From NCBI GenBank assembly GCA_949290565.1, contig CASESH010000018.1:1585-65584 (forward strand): a stretch of 64,000 nt of DNA, read 5' to 3'. The DNA comes from an uncultured Christensenella sp. GTDB taxonomy: Bacteria; Bacillota; Clostridia; Christensenellales; UBA1242. Position 1 is the first letter of the stretch. The number at the start of each line of letters is the position of its first letter. Below are positions 40,841-50,585 of the stretch, piece by piece. The notes under the pieces were generated by a model that ran no database searches, was not told the DNA's origin, and was given only the letters and a program-made list of their open reading frames with translations. A program made the position numbers and the translations under genes.

Positions 40841-41785
40841 CTAAATAATGTATTTTATCTTGTTTATCTCATCTCTTTCCTCAAATGTTTTAGGAATAAC
40901 AACGTAATCTGGATAAACATAAAATCTCATACCATGACAACTGAAAAAACTGACAAGTCCAAAAATACTAAAAGTAAAAGCCGTTAAGGGTAAAGTAACT
41001 AAAAGAGAAAGAGTAAATGAAAAAACGCAGAAAATAAAATTGACAACAAAAGCGAGTAAAACAAGTAATGTGCTGGTCGAAAAGATACTCCCAAACTTTT
41101 TAAAAATACTTTTAAAATTTGTCTTAATTGAAACAAGAGGATTTTCGTTATAAACAGTAACTGCTGGCAACCAGCACGAAAAGAAAGAATATTTTAAAGC
41201 AACAAAGACAAGCAGAACTCCCAGCACGCAAATTGCTAACAAAAAGTATAAGAAGGAACCGAGCGAAACAAGTCTAATCATTAAATAAATTAATAGCAAA
41301 GTTATTGCGTTGACAGGCAAAAGTACAAAAAATCTAACAAGACTATATAGAGCACTCTTACCCAAATACTTTACAAATTTAACTGTAAAACTGTACTTTG
41401 ACTGACTTGTCATATAGCCATAAACAACTTCATTCATTGGAAGAAGTGCAAGATTAATTAGAAATGGAAAAACAAACAAAATATAAATTGCTAGAAAAAC
41501 AATATTAACATTTAGTTGAGGATTTGAGTTCAATACTGACCAAAAGTTTTCATTAACCTGCTCTATTGAAATGGCAGTTGCGTCTGGCTTTGCAAAAAAG
41601 ATATTGTCTAAAATAGCAAAAAAATCATTAAAAACATTTGCTTGATTTAGTTTATCTATTATTGGTAATGCAATAACAGTACAAACAGCAAGACTTAACA
41701 AAATACAAATAACATAATATAAAAGAACTTTCCAAACATTAGAAAAATTAGAAACAAGTAATCTAAAAGTATTTCTAAAAATCAT
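40841..41785 (-). CDS. polytopic membrane protein, unknown function
   Basis: 314 aa with at least 6 hydrophobic segments (for example VLLYYVICILLSLAVCTVIALPI and LLVLLAFVVNFIFCVFSFTLSLLVTLPL). No family assigned. Confidence 0.6.
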   Translation of the reverse strand: MIFRNTFRLLVSNFSNVWKVLLYYVICILLSLAVCTVIALPIIDKLNQANVFNDFFAILDNIFFAKPDATAISIEQVNENFWSVLNSNPQLNVNIVFLAIYILFVFPFLINLALLPMNEVVYGYMTSQSKYSFTVKFVKYLGKSALYSLVRFFVLLPVNAITLLLIYLMIRLVSLGSFLYFLLAICVLGVLLVFVALKYSFFSCWLPAVTVYNENPLVSIKTNFKSIFKKFGSIFSTSTLLVLLAFVVNFIFCVFSFTLSLLVTLPLTAFTFSIFGLVSFFSCHGMRFYVYPDYVVIPKTFEERDEINKIKYII

Positions 41786-42231
41786 TTACAATCTAACCTT
41801 TTAAAAATAAAAAATGTATTAAACAAAATAGAATTAGTAAACTTAATAATTCAAAATTATGTGCAAAAAACTCTCAACTCAAATTTTAATTAAAAATTTA
41901 ATAAGAAAATAAATAACACATATTTTGTATTTTATAGTATATAATTTAAACGCAAATAAATCAACTTATTTAAAATAAAATTTATTAATAAAAATGGTGT
42001 AACAAACTAAAAACTTAAAAATACTTACATATAAAGTTTTTAGTTAAAAAAATTTAACAATAAAAAGTTTTAAATTAGTTACTAAAAAACAATAAAAATT
42101 TAATAAAATAAATTATCATAAAATAATACGAAGTTAAATAAAATAATTTAATTTAAAAAAAGATTAGATTAACCTTGTTTGTATTTAACAAAGTTAATAA
42201 AGAAAAATATTTATAATTCACTAATTTAGAT

Positions 42232-42261
42232 AAAAAAAGAGAGGGCTAAAAATTCCCTCTC
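42232..42261 (-). terminator. Rho-independent terminator closing the phage-like operon
   Basis: GAGAGGG-ctaaaaatt-CCCTCTC (42239-42261). On the minus strand it is followed by T7. It begins 9 nt after the stop at 42270. Confidence 0.75.
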
Positions 42262-42269
42262 AAAAAAAT

Positions 42270-42815
42270 TTAATCATTTTTTTTATTTAACTCTTTATTT
42301 ATTTCATCAGCAATTTCATTGCTAGATATTTTTGATTTAGATTTATATTTTAACACGCCAAGTCCAACAAGAATAGAAAGCACGACAGCACAAACATCAA
42401 CAATTATGTTAACACATAAATCAACTCCAAATGACAAGCAAATTGCCTGAGTAATGGCAAGAACTGAACAAATAATTGTAATCCAAAAAGAAAGAGAATT
42501 TACTTTGTTTTTTTCTTCGATGCCTAAATCGTTTGTAATAGAATTAGAAGAATCATCATTTTCATTCATATAAGTAGTATTTGCAATTTCACTACCATAA
42601 CTTTTTGGTACTAAACGAGAAGCCGTTTTTATATTTGTCTGAACACAAGTTGTGTTGTTTAAATTATTGTTTTGATTTTGATTTATCAAAGAATTGGAAC
42701 TGTCGCTAAAATTATTAAAATTAATTTCACTTCCGTCTTCTTGCAAATTATTTAAGGAATTATCAATTATATTAGATGAAATATTATAAGAGTTATCAAG
42801 GCTATTTTTACTCAA
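42270..42815 (-). CDS. membrane protein with an N/S-rich N-terminus and two C-terminal TM helices (holin-partner-like)
   Basis: 181 aa. TTG start overlaps the TGA stop of the BhlA-like gene (ATTGA). TM segments FWITIICSVLAITQAICLSFG and IIVDVCAVVLSILVGLGVL. The function is inferred from context only. Confidence 0.55.
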   Translation of the reverse strand: MSKNSLDNSYNISSNIIDNSLNNLQEDGSEINFNNFSDSSNSLINQNQNNNLNNTTCVQTNIKTASRLVPKSYGSEIANTTYMNENDDSSNSITNDLGIEEKNKVNSLSFWITIICSVLAITQAICLSFGVDLCVNIIVDVCAVVLSILVGLGVLKYKSKSKISSNEIADEINKELNKKND

Positions 42816-43033
42816 TTTTCTCTATCTCCCTTTTTAAGTAGTGTAGAGCGAATCTCTTTTAGTTCTTGCTTAATATCTTCGACAGTATCTAAATGCTGAT
42901 TTAATTTAGAAATAGTATCTTGATATTTTTTTTCTCTCTTAGCACTATCTTTTAACTGATAGACAAGCAAAGAAACAAACAGCACAGCCCAAGCCCCATT
43001 TGTAACTGCTTGGTTAAAAACTTCTTCCCACAT
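42812..43033 (-). CDS. BhlA/UviB-family holin-like protein
   Basis: 73 aa. One N-terminal TM followed by a charged coiled tail. NGAWAVLFVSLLVYQLKDSAKREKKY parallels the BhlA pattern G.FAVLF..LL.Y..K.S..RE.K. RBS not obvious. Confidence 0.6.
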   Translation of the reverse strand: MWEEVFNQAVTNGAWAVLFVSLLVYQLKDSAKREKKYQDTISKLNQHLDTVEDIKQELKEIRSTLLKKGDREN

Positions 43034-43311
43034 AAAATTTAATTAACTGTTTAGAATTTTTTTAAAACCTTCTTTAATTTTTTTTTCATAAATCTTCTTT
43101 TTTTTCATAAACCCTCTACATAATTAAAACAAGACAAAGTTATAATTAATAAATTAGATTTAAAAAATACCATTAAGGCACAAGATAAAAACTAGAAAGA
43201 GTAAAACAAATTAAATAAGAAAAATGTTAAGATAAATCTAGTAAAAAAACTAAAAATTTATATAACTTTGTCTTAAAAAAAGTTAATTTTTTTCACATTT
43301 TAAAATAAAGT

Positions 43312-44778
43312 TTATTTTGGTTGTTTAAAATTAAACTGCAACAAAGTAATGTCAAAATCTTCCAAACTAGAAGTAATATCATATCTAAAAATCGTACCTG
43401 AAATATTAACTCTAATTTTACGCAAATTAGGACTTTCTGGAATCTTGTATGTTCGAACTTTGTCATCAAAATGAATAGTCAAATCAAATTCTTTGTTGCA
43501 AATGACTTCTATATCTTTAAGAATGTTCTTTTGAGTAAAGTTGTCAAATAATAAGTTAGGACTTTCAAACTTTTTGTCAAGTACCGAAGAACCAACTTTA
43601 CCCGTATCATTTAAAACCCATAATTTGTTGCTATTATTTAAAGCAATAACTAAACGTTTGTAAAAAAGATAGTTTACTGAAACCATAGAAACAATATCAA
43701 CGCCATATAAAATATTATACTCTTGTGTTGCTAAATCAAATTCAACAAGCGCGTTATTTGAACTTAAAACTTCATCATTAAAACCAATTTTGCAAGCAAT
43801 GTAAAGTTTATTATCGTGGTAGCAGGTGTTGGCTTGTTCTTGGTCATACTCGGCAAGTTTTTCACAAATTGAACTGTCAACTTTTTTAACATCATAGCCA
43901 TCAAAAGAATAAAGTCCATCTTGTTGTAAAAAATATATTTTTTCTCCACAAATACAAACGCTATCACAATAAATCTTTTGACCTGCGTCATAAATATTGC
44001 TAGTTGTAAAATCACTTTTTAAATAAGTATTAATCTTGCTAATTCCAAAATCTCTAAACACATAAACGTTGTCTAGAAATGAAATCAAGTTTTTTAATTC
44101 GCCCTTATAATCGTTTAATTCTAACATTCCGGCGTCTTCACTTTCGGTAGTGTTCTTTAACCAATCAAGAGGGTTACAGTTGGCGCTGTACCTAACAATA
44201 TAATCCCACTTGGTATCAATAGCAAACAATCTATCATTATGAAAACACACACTTTTAAAACTAGGCGCAGTATCAACTGTGATAGGGTCCTCATCGCAAA
44301 ACCATACAAGCAAGTTATCGCTCTTTGATGAAAAGCCCATAACATCATCACCACTAATTCTAAAATTAATACCAATAGGAGACTCGTTAAAAGTATGATT
44401 AATGCAATAGTAGTCATCATTTAGAAAGAAAAGAGGAGTATAGTAAACTTTTTTATCCTGACAAATGACGACTAAAAAATAAAGAAAAGTTTGGTTATCG
44501 TGACTAAAACATCTATATCTAAAAATTTTTTTAACATTACTAGGAATTGGGTTGCGAGTTACGAAAGTAGAAGGACTAGAATGTAAAGTACTAATTGGAA
44601 TAGTAATTTCCTCTAAACCATTACCCAAGACTAACCTACCTTCCCTAGATTTAAGGTTATAGCAAACGCTAGGATTAACATAGTTGTTATTATAGGCTTT
44701 CTTTTTAGCAAGAGAAGTGGAAAAATTGTCAATAAAAAATTTCAGATTGCCAAAATCATTTTCATCAAAATAATTCAT
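43312..44778 (-). CDS. phage-associated structural protein of unknown type (possible tail/adsorption component)
   Basis: 488 aa from the ATG at 44778 (RBS AGAGGTGG). It is translationally coupled to the upstream gene (TAATG). Beta-rich, non-repetitive sequence. The role is guessed from its position after the head genes. Confidence 0.55.
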   Translation of the reverse strand: MNYFDENDFGNLKFFIDNFSTSLAKKKAYNNNYVNPSVCYNLKSREGRLVLGNGLEEITIPISTLHSSPSTFVTRNPIPSNVKKIFRYRCFSHDNQTFLYFLVVICQDKKVYYTPLFFLNDDYYCINHTFNESPIGINFRISGDDVMGFSSKSDNLLVWFCDEDPITVDTAPSFKSVCFHNDRLFAIDTKWDYIVRYSANCNPLDWLKNTTESEDAGMLELNDYKGELKNLISFLDNVYVFRDFGISKINTYLKSDFTTSNIYDAGQKIYCDSVCICGEKIYFLQQDGLYSFDGYDVKKVDSSICEKLAEYDQEQANTCYHDNKLYIACKIGFNDEVLSSNNALVEFDLATQEYNILYGVDIVSMVSVNYLFYKRLVIALNNSNKLWVLNDTGKVGSSVLDKKFESPNLLFDNFTQKNILKDIEVICNKEFDLTIHFDDKVRTYKIPESPNLRKIRVNISGTIFRYDITSSLEDFDITLLQFNFKQPK

Positions 44779-45338
44779 TAAAACCACCTCTTAGCCTTGA
44801 CGAACGCAAAAGTTTTGTACGCACGGGCGACCTTGTCATCAAAAGCCTTACGATAATAAGCAGAATCATCTAGAACACCACTAAGTAAAAAGAATTCACT
44901 AGCGACACCCATAGCGATAGTTCTAGCGCCGATAAAATTGAACTCGTTGACCTTGTCGTTGATACTGCTTACGCTAGGAATGTAAGAAAAATCAACACAA
45001 ACAGGAATATTTGAATTAAAACAAAGTTTATCATCAGCAATGGAAAATTTAACCTTACCATTTTTAGAAAAAACCTTGTTTACTTTAATTAAGTTTGAGT
45101 GGATTTGACTTAAAGGAAATTCGCAGTCGCCATGACTGACAATAATAGTCACTTTTGAAGGTTTAGATTTAGTAGTTGCCAACTCGTGTAAAATTCCATT
45201 TAATGCAATGAGCAACTTATCGAATTCAGTTTGAACCTCAGAACTAACTTGGTCAGCATTACCTTCAAAAATAGGTTCAAGTCTGTCATAGTTATCTACA
45301 TAAGCACTAGCAAGTTGCAGAATTTCTAAAACAGTCAT
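44778..45338 (-). CDS. phage-associated protein, possible head-completion/connector protein
   Basis: 186 aa with a strong RBS (AAAGGAGAAG). Position downstream of the capsid gene. No motif recognised. Confidence 0.55.
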   Translation of the reverse strand: MTVLEILQLASAYVDNYDRLEPIFEGNADQVSSEVQTEFDKLLIALNGILHELATTKSKPSKVTIIVSHGDCEFPLSQIHSNLIKVNKVFSKNGKVKFSIADDKLCFNSNIPVCVDFSYIPSVSSINDKVNEFNFIGARTIAMGVASEFFLLSGVLDDSAYYRKAFDDKVARAYKTFAFVKAKRWF

Positions 45339-45381
45339 AATACTTCTCCTTTTAAGAAAAGACTAGATAAAGGGGCAAAAG

Positions 45382-45741
45382 TTAAATCCATCTAGTCGTG
45401 TTTGCCTTTTCAAAATTAACAACTCCACCCCGTTTGTCAGCAAAAACTAACTTTTGTTTTAAATCAAAAATATTTTTATTTTTTAATTCTAATTCTTCTT
45501 TTTCTTTAAGTTTTTTGTTATTTTGACTAACTTCCAAAAGAATAGATTTTTTTCGCCTAATATGAGTGTAGAGTGCTCTTTTAAGTGCTAAACAATCTAA
45601 TTTTGTGCCAATACTAAAAGCAAATTGATTTTTGAACTTTGCATAGTAGTTGTTTTTATGATAGAATATAGCATATTCTCTTTCAATTTTTTTTAGTCTT
45701 GAAGATATGTTAAATAAGTCATTTGTAATTAATTTTTCCAT
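45382..45741 (-). CDS. phage-associated basic protein, unknown function
   Basis: 119 aa with RBS AAAGGGG, lysine-rich. Immediately downstream of the capsid gene. Confidence 0.5.
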   Translation of the reverse strand: MEKLITNDLFNISSRLKKIEREYAIFYHKNNYYAKFKNQFAFSIGTKLDCLALKRALYTHIRRKKSILLEVSQNNKKLKEKEELELKNKNIFDLKQKLVFADKRGGVVNFEKANTTRWI

Positions 45742-45770
45742 TTTACCCCTTTGACCTAATCTAAAATTTT

Positions 45771-46937
45771 TTAGTTAGAAGCAACAATCTTTGAAATCTT
45801 GCCTTGTCCACCTGGTCTATCACAAATGAGTTCGGCATATTTTACAAGTGTTGCTGAATATGTTGGATTGTTTGAAGATGGAATTAAAATGTTGCCATTT
45901 TCAGTTTGTAACCATTCCCAATCGCAAAGTTGGTGTAAATTGAAATCTTTGGTGTTAAGTAAGTACATTGTACCACTATCAACAAATCTTTCATAAACAA
46001 CAGGAATTCCTGCATATGTCATTGTCTTGTAACCACCTTCTAAAACTGCAACATCAATGTTTCTTTTATACTTTGACAAGTACTCTTGATAAAGTGTTCT
46101 AACATCTCCTGAAACAGCAATAAAGTCAATTTGATTACCTGTTTCTTCTTCTATTGAATTAAGAGCATTTTGAATTACACTATCGCTAATTGGAGTTGAA
46201 GTTGTACCGGCAAATTCATAAGGATAAAGCCATTTATATGAACTTCTATCTACGCCGTAAATAGTTGAATTAGATGTACTTGTATCAAAAATTCTCTTAA
46301 TACCTGTTATTTCATTATCCTTTGAACCACTTGCATAGAGTTTGTCTCCAACTGCAAAAGTGAATTCCTTGCTAAAAACAACAGTGTTATTCTTTCTATC
46401 TACGAACTCTACAACTACCCCTTCTTCTTCTAAGGCGCCATCAGAATAAATATCTACTTTCATTCCTTCAACCAAGTTTTTGACGCTATCAAATTTTGTA
46501 CCGGCACTTACATCGCTAACAGTTGCAACAAGTCCTGTCCCATCTCCGTATAACATACGGCCAAGATTAAACGAACTTGACTTTATTAAACTTTCCATCT
46601 CGTCGCTTAATAAATTAACAAACGCACCAACATTGGACATACTTGCTCTAATTGCCTTGTCTGAAATTTCAATCTTGCCATACAAGTTTTTTAACCCTGT
46701 CTTGAATTGTAAAAATTTGTGTGAACTTGCACTTGGTAAATTGCCTGTTTCAGTTGTAGCACAAATTCCACCATTTAAACCATATGGGGCTAGTTTGATA
46801 ATCTCTTTACCAAAAACATCTTTGCTAGATTGTTTTATTCTAGAAAGTAAAGCATTTGACTTTAAGTTAAGTTGTTCGCTTATTACTCCTAAATAAACTG
46901 ATTTTAAAGCATTTTCTGCTGATTGAATTGTAACCAT
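45771..46937 (-). CDS. phage major capsid protein (probably HK97-fold)
   Basis: 388 aa with RBS AAGGGGA. Its size, its position after a scaffold-like gene, and the stretches LYGKIEISDKAIRAS..FVNLLSDEMESL, RMLYGDGTGLVATV and C-terminal YSATLVKYAELICDRP resemble capsid-family patterns. Not verified by search. Confidence 0.65.
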   Translation of the reverse strand: MVTIQSAENALKSVYLGVISEQLNLKSNALLSRIKQSSKDVFGKEIIKLAPYGLNGGICATTETGNLPSASSHKFLQFKTGLKNLYGKIEISDKAIRASMSNVGAFVNLLSDEMESLIKSSSFNLGRMLYGDGTGLVATVSDVSAGTKFDSVKNLVEGMKVDIYSDGALEEEGVVVEFVDRKNNTVVFSKEFTFAVGDKLYASGSKDNEITGIKRIFDTSTSNSTIYGVDRSSYKWLYPYEFAGTTSTPISDSVIQNALNSIEEETGNQIDFIAVSGDVRTLYQEYLSKYKRNIDVAVLEGGYKTMTYAGIPVVYERFVDSGTMYLLNTKDFNLHQLCDWEWLQTENGNILIPSSNNPTYSATLVKYAELICDRPGGQGKISKIVASN

Positions 46938-47309
46938 TTATTTTCCCCTTGTAATAAATTATGTTTTTTAGTTTAATAACCTTATAGTATAGAGAAATTC
47001 AAGCACATTCCTCTTTACTAAATAAGGTTACTTGTAGGGCAACTTTCTCACTTCGTTGACCTAACCTTTACGACAACCTATTTTAGCAAATTCAATAGGC
47101 TGAAAAACACGAATAAACAGCCCTAAAAAACTACCTACTTAACTATTAAATGATAGTAATTCAAAATTTTTTCTTCCTTTTTTTGATTGTTCTAAAATAT
47201 AATGCTTGACTCAATCTTAAATAAAAGAATGTTTAAAAAAAACAAATGAAATTTGTTTGGTTTAATTAAAACTTACTTTATACAAAAATAGTTAGAAAAA
47301 TTTTTTATT

Positions 47310-47567
47310 TTAGGACTTTTGCTTTGGTAAAGCACATTTACTAAGTATTCCCCCTGTTTCCATTTGAACTATTAATTCTCTTAAAGCCTTTGACTTAACT
47401 ATTTCATAAGACCTGATAAATTGACCTTCGCAAATTGTATGTAAAATGTTTGCAAAGCCAACTAAGTAGAATGACTTTAACAGTTTTCCAACTAATAGTT
47501 TTTGCCAAACTACAAGGCGAACTCTACTTATTATTAGTAAACATATCTCTAACAATCTTCTCGGCAT
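47310..47567 (-). CDS. possible small ORF overlapping the scaffold gene 3' end
   Basis: 85-aa track ORF. The ATG lies 44 nt inside the scaffold gene in another frame. Non-low-complexity, locally GC-richer sequence, but a weak RBS. Confidence 0.3.
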   Translation of the reverse strand: MPRRLLEICLLIISRVRLVVWQKLLVGKLLKSFYLVGFANILHTICEGQFIRSYEIVKSKALRELIVQMETGGILSKCALPKQKS

Positions 47568-48018
47568 CTTCTAAATTCTTTGGTTTACTAACCGGACTAA
47601 CTACAACATTGCTCCCTCTTTGCGAACCAATGAGAGTAGGAACAGAATCTAATTTAGTCTCAAAAATATACTTAGAAACAACTTTATCTCTAAGTTGTGC
47701 ATTAGATAAAATAAAATCAACTATCTCCTGTTCTTTGTCCTGCCAAGAAGTGCCTTCTTTAACTTCCTGTGGTGAAGAATTCTCCTCATTATCATCAAGT
47801 CGCTTTTGAAGACAAGCAAGTGATTGACATTTTTTAGTGTAATCACTTTGTAAATTATTGTAGGCCGTTAAAAGACTTTCGACATCTTTAAACTTGCCTA
47901 ACTTGGAGCCAATTTTGTTATCAAAACCTGACCTATTATCATCAACGCTATTAGCCTGCAAAAGTTCTTTGCCTTGTCCATTTGTAACGCATGGTTGTTC
48001 CAAAATATTTTCTTCCAT
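47524..48018 (-). CDS. phage scaffolding-like protein
   Basis: 164 aa with RBS AAAGGGGA. Helical and acidic. KFKDVESLLTAYNNLQSDYTKK and the C-terminal KPKNLEDAEKIVRDMF resemble scaffold proteins. Located between portal and capsid. Confidence 0.5.
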   Translation of the reverse strand: MEENILEQPCVTNGQGKELLQANSVDDNRSGFDNKIGSKLGKFKDVESLLTAYNNLQSDYTKKCQSLACLQKRLDDNEENSSPQEVKEGTSWQDKEQEIVDFILSNAQLRDKVVSKYIFETKLDSVPTLIGSQRGSNVVVSPVSKPKNLEDAEKIVRDMFTNNK

Positions 48019-48072
48019 AAAAATCCCCTTTTTAAATAAGATAAAAGAATAAACAAAAACTAAAACATTAGA

Positions 48073-48340
48073 TTTTGTTAAGTTAGTTAAAAAATAAGTT
48101 TTGTTAAGATTATTTAAGTTTTGTTAAGATTATTTAAGTTTTATTAACTTTTGTTAACTTTTATTAACTTTCGTTATGTTTTATTAAGTTTAATTAACTT
48201 TTATTAACTTTTATTAACTTTTATTAACTTTTATTAACTTTTATTAACTTTTATTAATTTTTATTAAGTTTTATTAAGTTTTATTAAGTTTTTGAAAGTT
48301 TTATTAAGTTTATTTAGGTTTAACTAAGATTTGTTAAGTT
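48073..48340 (-). repeat. 10-bp phased tandem array B (about 26 units; TTTTATTAAC/G on + strand, i.e. unit on minus strand)
   Basis: Read directly. From 48101 to 48340 every 10-nt print block is one unit (TTATTAACTT x7 in a row, TTATTAAGTT x5, TTGTTAAGAT/TATTTAAGTT 20-bp doublet x2). It ends 2 nt from the portal stop codon (48343). Confidence 0.95.
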
Positions 48341-48342
48341 TT

Positions 48343-49920
48343 CTAAATATTTATTCCAAAAATTTCTAAAACTTTATTCTTAAATTGTTCATCAATTTTG
48401 CCATTTTCATCTCTAAAAATGTCCGAATCAAGCAACTTTAAAATATGGTCTCTCTTTGTTGACAAACTTTCGCTTAGTGAACAGTCGCTCATAAAAACTA
48501 CATCTTCAAGTCCTAAGTCGCTACTTTTAAAGTATTTAACTGAAATCTCTTTCTTATCATTAGAAACTCTAATAAGTCTAGGCAAAACAGCAAACTGTTT
48601 ATAAAGTCTTAAAATCATTTTTGCCATACTCTTAACTGCGCCATCAATTTGTTCAATAGTCGAGTTAAGTCTTGAAGAATCTTGTTCAATTAAGAGTTCG
48701 AGTGCCGTACCGCTTAGAGAATTAGCACTAAATTGGTTAGACAAAATGTTAGTAACGCCACTAATTTCGCTAAATTCTTGTAAAAGACTTTCTTCTTCCT
48801 TATCGAAGCAACTAGGAAGGTTTTCTTCCTCTAAGAACTTAGGAGGCGTACCACCCTGCCTATAAATAATAACTTTGCCCGGTTCTAAACCATCTTGAAT
48901 AAGGTCCTCGACGTCAATACTGCCATCTTCGACAGTCAAAACACCCATAGAAATACGGTTTAAGAACTCGTGCTTTCTATTTTTAACAGCGTTGTAGGCT
49001 CTTTGAACGGGAATAATTTTACTAATGATACTTTTTCCCCAAAAACAACCTACGACTGAAAGACAATTTTGTTTAATGAAAGGAAAACCTCTTTTACCGT
49101 CAGGCAAATTAATAAATGGCAAATCGCCAACATAAAGCAACTTATCTTCACAAACGATAACAAGTCTGCCATTAGGAAACTGTTGCGAAGGGGCCTCATA
49201 TTTTTCAATCACAATGGCGTGGTCGTGTTTAGTGGAAGAAGAAAGAGAGGTCGAGGAATAGTCGAAAATATCAATATCTTTACCACTAACGTCAACGCCC
49301 CAAATATTCTTAATTGCTCTAACGCTGTAAGCCTTAGCGTGAATAATGCTCTCGCAATCATTAATGTCCTCGCAAGAATTATTGTCTGGAAAAATTTCAA
49401 ATGGAGAAACGGCGCAAACGCTAACTTCTCCTTCATAAACAAAGTCGCCACTAGAATTAGTAATTTTTTTACCCTGATTGTGATTCCAAACGACCTTGTA
49501 GAAACTAGTTCCGGTTATCTCGCTCCACTTTATCGCCTTAGAAATCACGCTTGACAAGTCAAGTTTTTCATAAACGCTACGCAAAATGTCTTGTGACAAG
49601 TCTGCAATTTGATGGTCATCTTTTGAAGGACTAGATGGAAGAATGTCCATTTCAGGCTTAACGGCAGTAAGTTTAGAAACTCTATCTTCAATAATTGAAG
49701 CAATGTGATTAAAGACATTTCTTTCTTGCCAAAAGTAACTTTTCTCGTTGTCCTCAATATCCATAAGAAGATTAATATTAGTGTATTGCTTACCAATAAA
49801 GAAATTATTATTTAGTCGCCACTCAGCCTCAAAAGGTTTTCTATCTTTTTGTCTTTTTTCAAAATCTTGCTTAACCGAGTTGATTAAATCTTCAATAAAC
49901 TCGCTTTTTTTCTTTCTCAT
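48343..49920 (-). CDS. phage portal protein
   Basis: 525 aa with RBS AAAGGAA. The N-terminal KPFEAEWRLNNNFFIGKQY is the portal-type pattern (E.EW..N..FY.G.QW). Its size and its position between terminase and scaffold fit. Confidence 0.65.
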   Translation of the reverse strand: MRKKKSEFIEDLINSVKQDFEKRQKDRKPFEAEWRLNNNFFIGKQYTNINLLMDIEDNEKSYFWQERNVFNHIASIIEDRVSKLTAVKPEMDILPSSPSKDDHQIADLSQDILRSVYEKLDLSSVISKAIKWSEITGTSFYKVVWNHNQGKKITNSSGDFVYEGEVSVCAVSPFEIFPDNNSCEDINDCESIIHAKAYSVRAIKNIWGVDVSGKDIDIFDYSSTSLSSSTKHDHAIVIEKYEAPSQQFPNGRLVIVCEDKLLYVGDLPFINLPDGKRGFPFIKQNCLSVVGCFWGKSIISKIIPVQRAYNAVKNRKHEFLNRISMGVLTVEDGSIDVEDLIQDGLEPGKVIIYRQGGTPPKFLEEENLPSCFDKEEESLLQEFSEISGVTNILSNQFSANSLSGTALELLIEQDSSRLNSTIEQIDGAVKSMAKMILRLYKQFAVLPRLIRVSNDKKEISVKYFKSSDLGLEDVVFMSDCSLSESLSTKRDHILKLLDSDIFRDENGKIDEQFKNKVLEIFGINI

Positions 49921-50255
49921 AATTCATTCCTTTTTATAAAATATATATTCAACTTCTAACCCCAAACTCGAAACAAAAAAAACAAATGAGCAATTAAAAA
50001 AGTAAAGAGGAAACAAATCCAATTTACTTTTTTTAGGATAATAAAACGCTATTATTTAAGAGTAATACTCTTGCATTTTACTTATATAAAATAAATATTT
50101 TATTATTTAAAGATAAGTTTTAAAAAAATATAAAATCATTTAAAACAATTAAAAAAATTGTTTGTGAAATAGAAGGTTAAAAAAAATTCAAAAACAGTTA
50201 AAAGTTTGTAAATTAAAAAATAAAAGAGTAAGAAGTTTAAAGGTTAAAAGAAAAA

Positions 50256-50585
50256 CTAATTTGATTGCTCACTTAAAATTTTAATCAGTCTATTTTTTTC
50301 AGTCAACAACTCCTCATCACTAAAATTAGAGTAATCGCAACAATCAGATGACGAAGAATTATTCATTTCACACAAAATTTTAATAGAATTAATATCAGGT
50401 GCGTGTTTTCTAGTAGTAATCTTTTGAGATTTAAGAGTTTTGTTCCCCTCTTTGTCGCAAACGAATTCTTCCACGCACTCACTAGTAGTGTAACCCTTTG
50501 CTAAATAGGAAAGCGAATCAAACAAAAAACTTTCCTGCCCGGGCAAAACATTTTTACAATCTTGATTATTTTTTTTTCTACCCAT
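50256..50585 (-). CDS. hypothetical protein, weak resemblance to the C-terminal half of XtmA-type small terminase subunits
   Basis: 109 aa from the internal ATG (MGRKKNNQD...). KITTRKHAPDINSIKILCEM resembles the ..LPPDv.A.kfwL.. segment of TerS, and FSDEELLTEKNRLIKIL is also TerS-like. No N-terminal HTH is seen, and it is located after terL rather than before it. Confidence 0.3.
   Translation of the reverse strand: MGRKKNNQDCKNVLPGQESFLFDSLSYLAKGYTTSECVEEFVCDKEGNKTLKSQKITTRKHAPDINSIKILCEMNNSSSSDCCDYSNFSDEELLTEKNRLIKILSEQSN

Noticed and set aside
47524-47567. Programmed ribosomal frameshift joining the scaffold gene to ORF 47310..47567
   Set aside because: There is no slippery heptamer (the sequence is ACTAATAATAAG) and no obvious downstream stimulatory structure at the right distance. 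The overlap is better explained by an independent ATG or a spurious ORF.
50058-50072. 15-bp perfect palindrome AAGAGTA-A-TACTCTT upstream of the portal gene as an operator
   Set aside because: Palindromes with 7-bp arms are expected several times by chance in 64 kb of this composition. There is no second copy and no supporting context.
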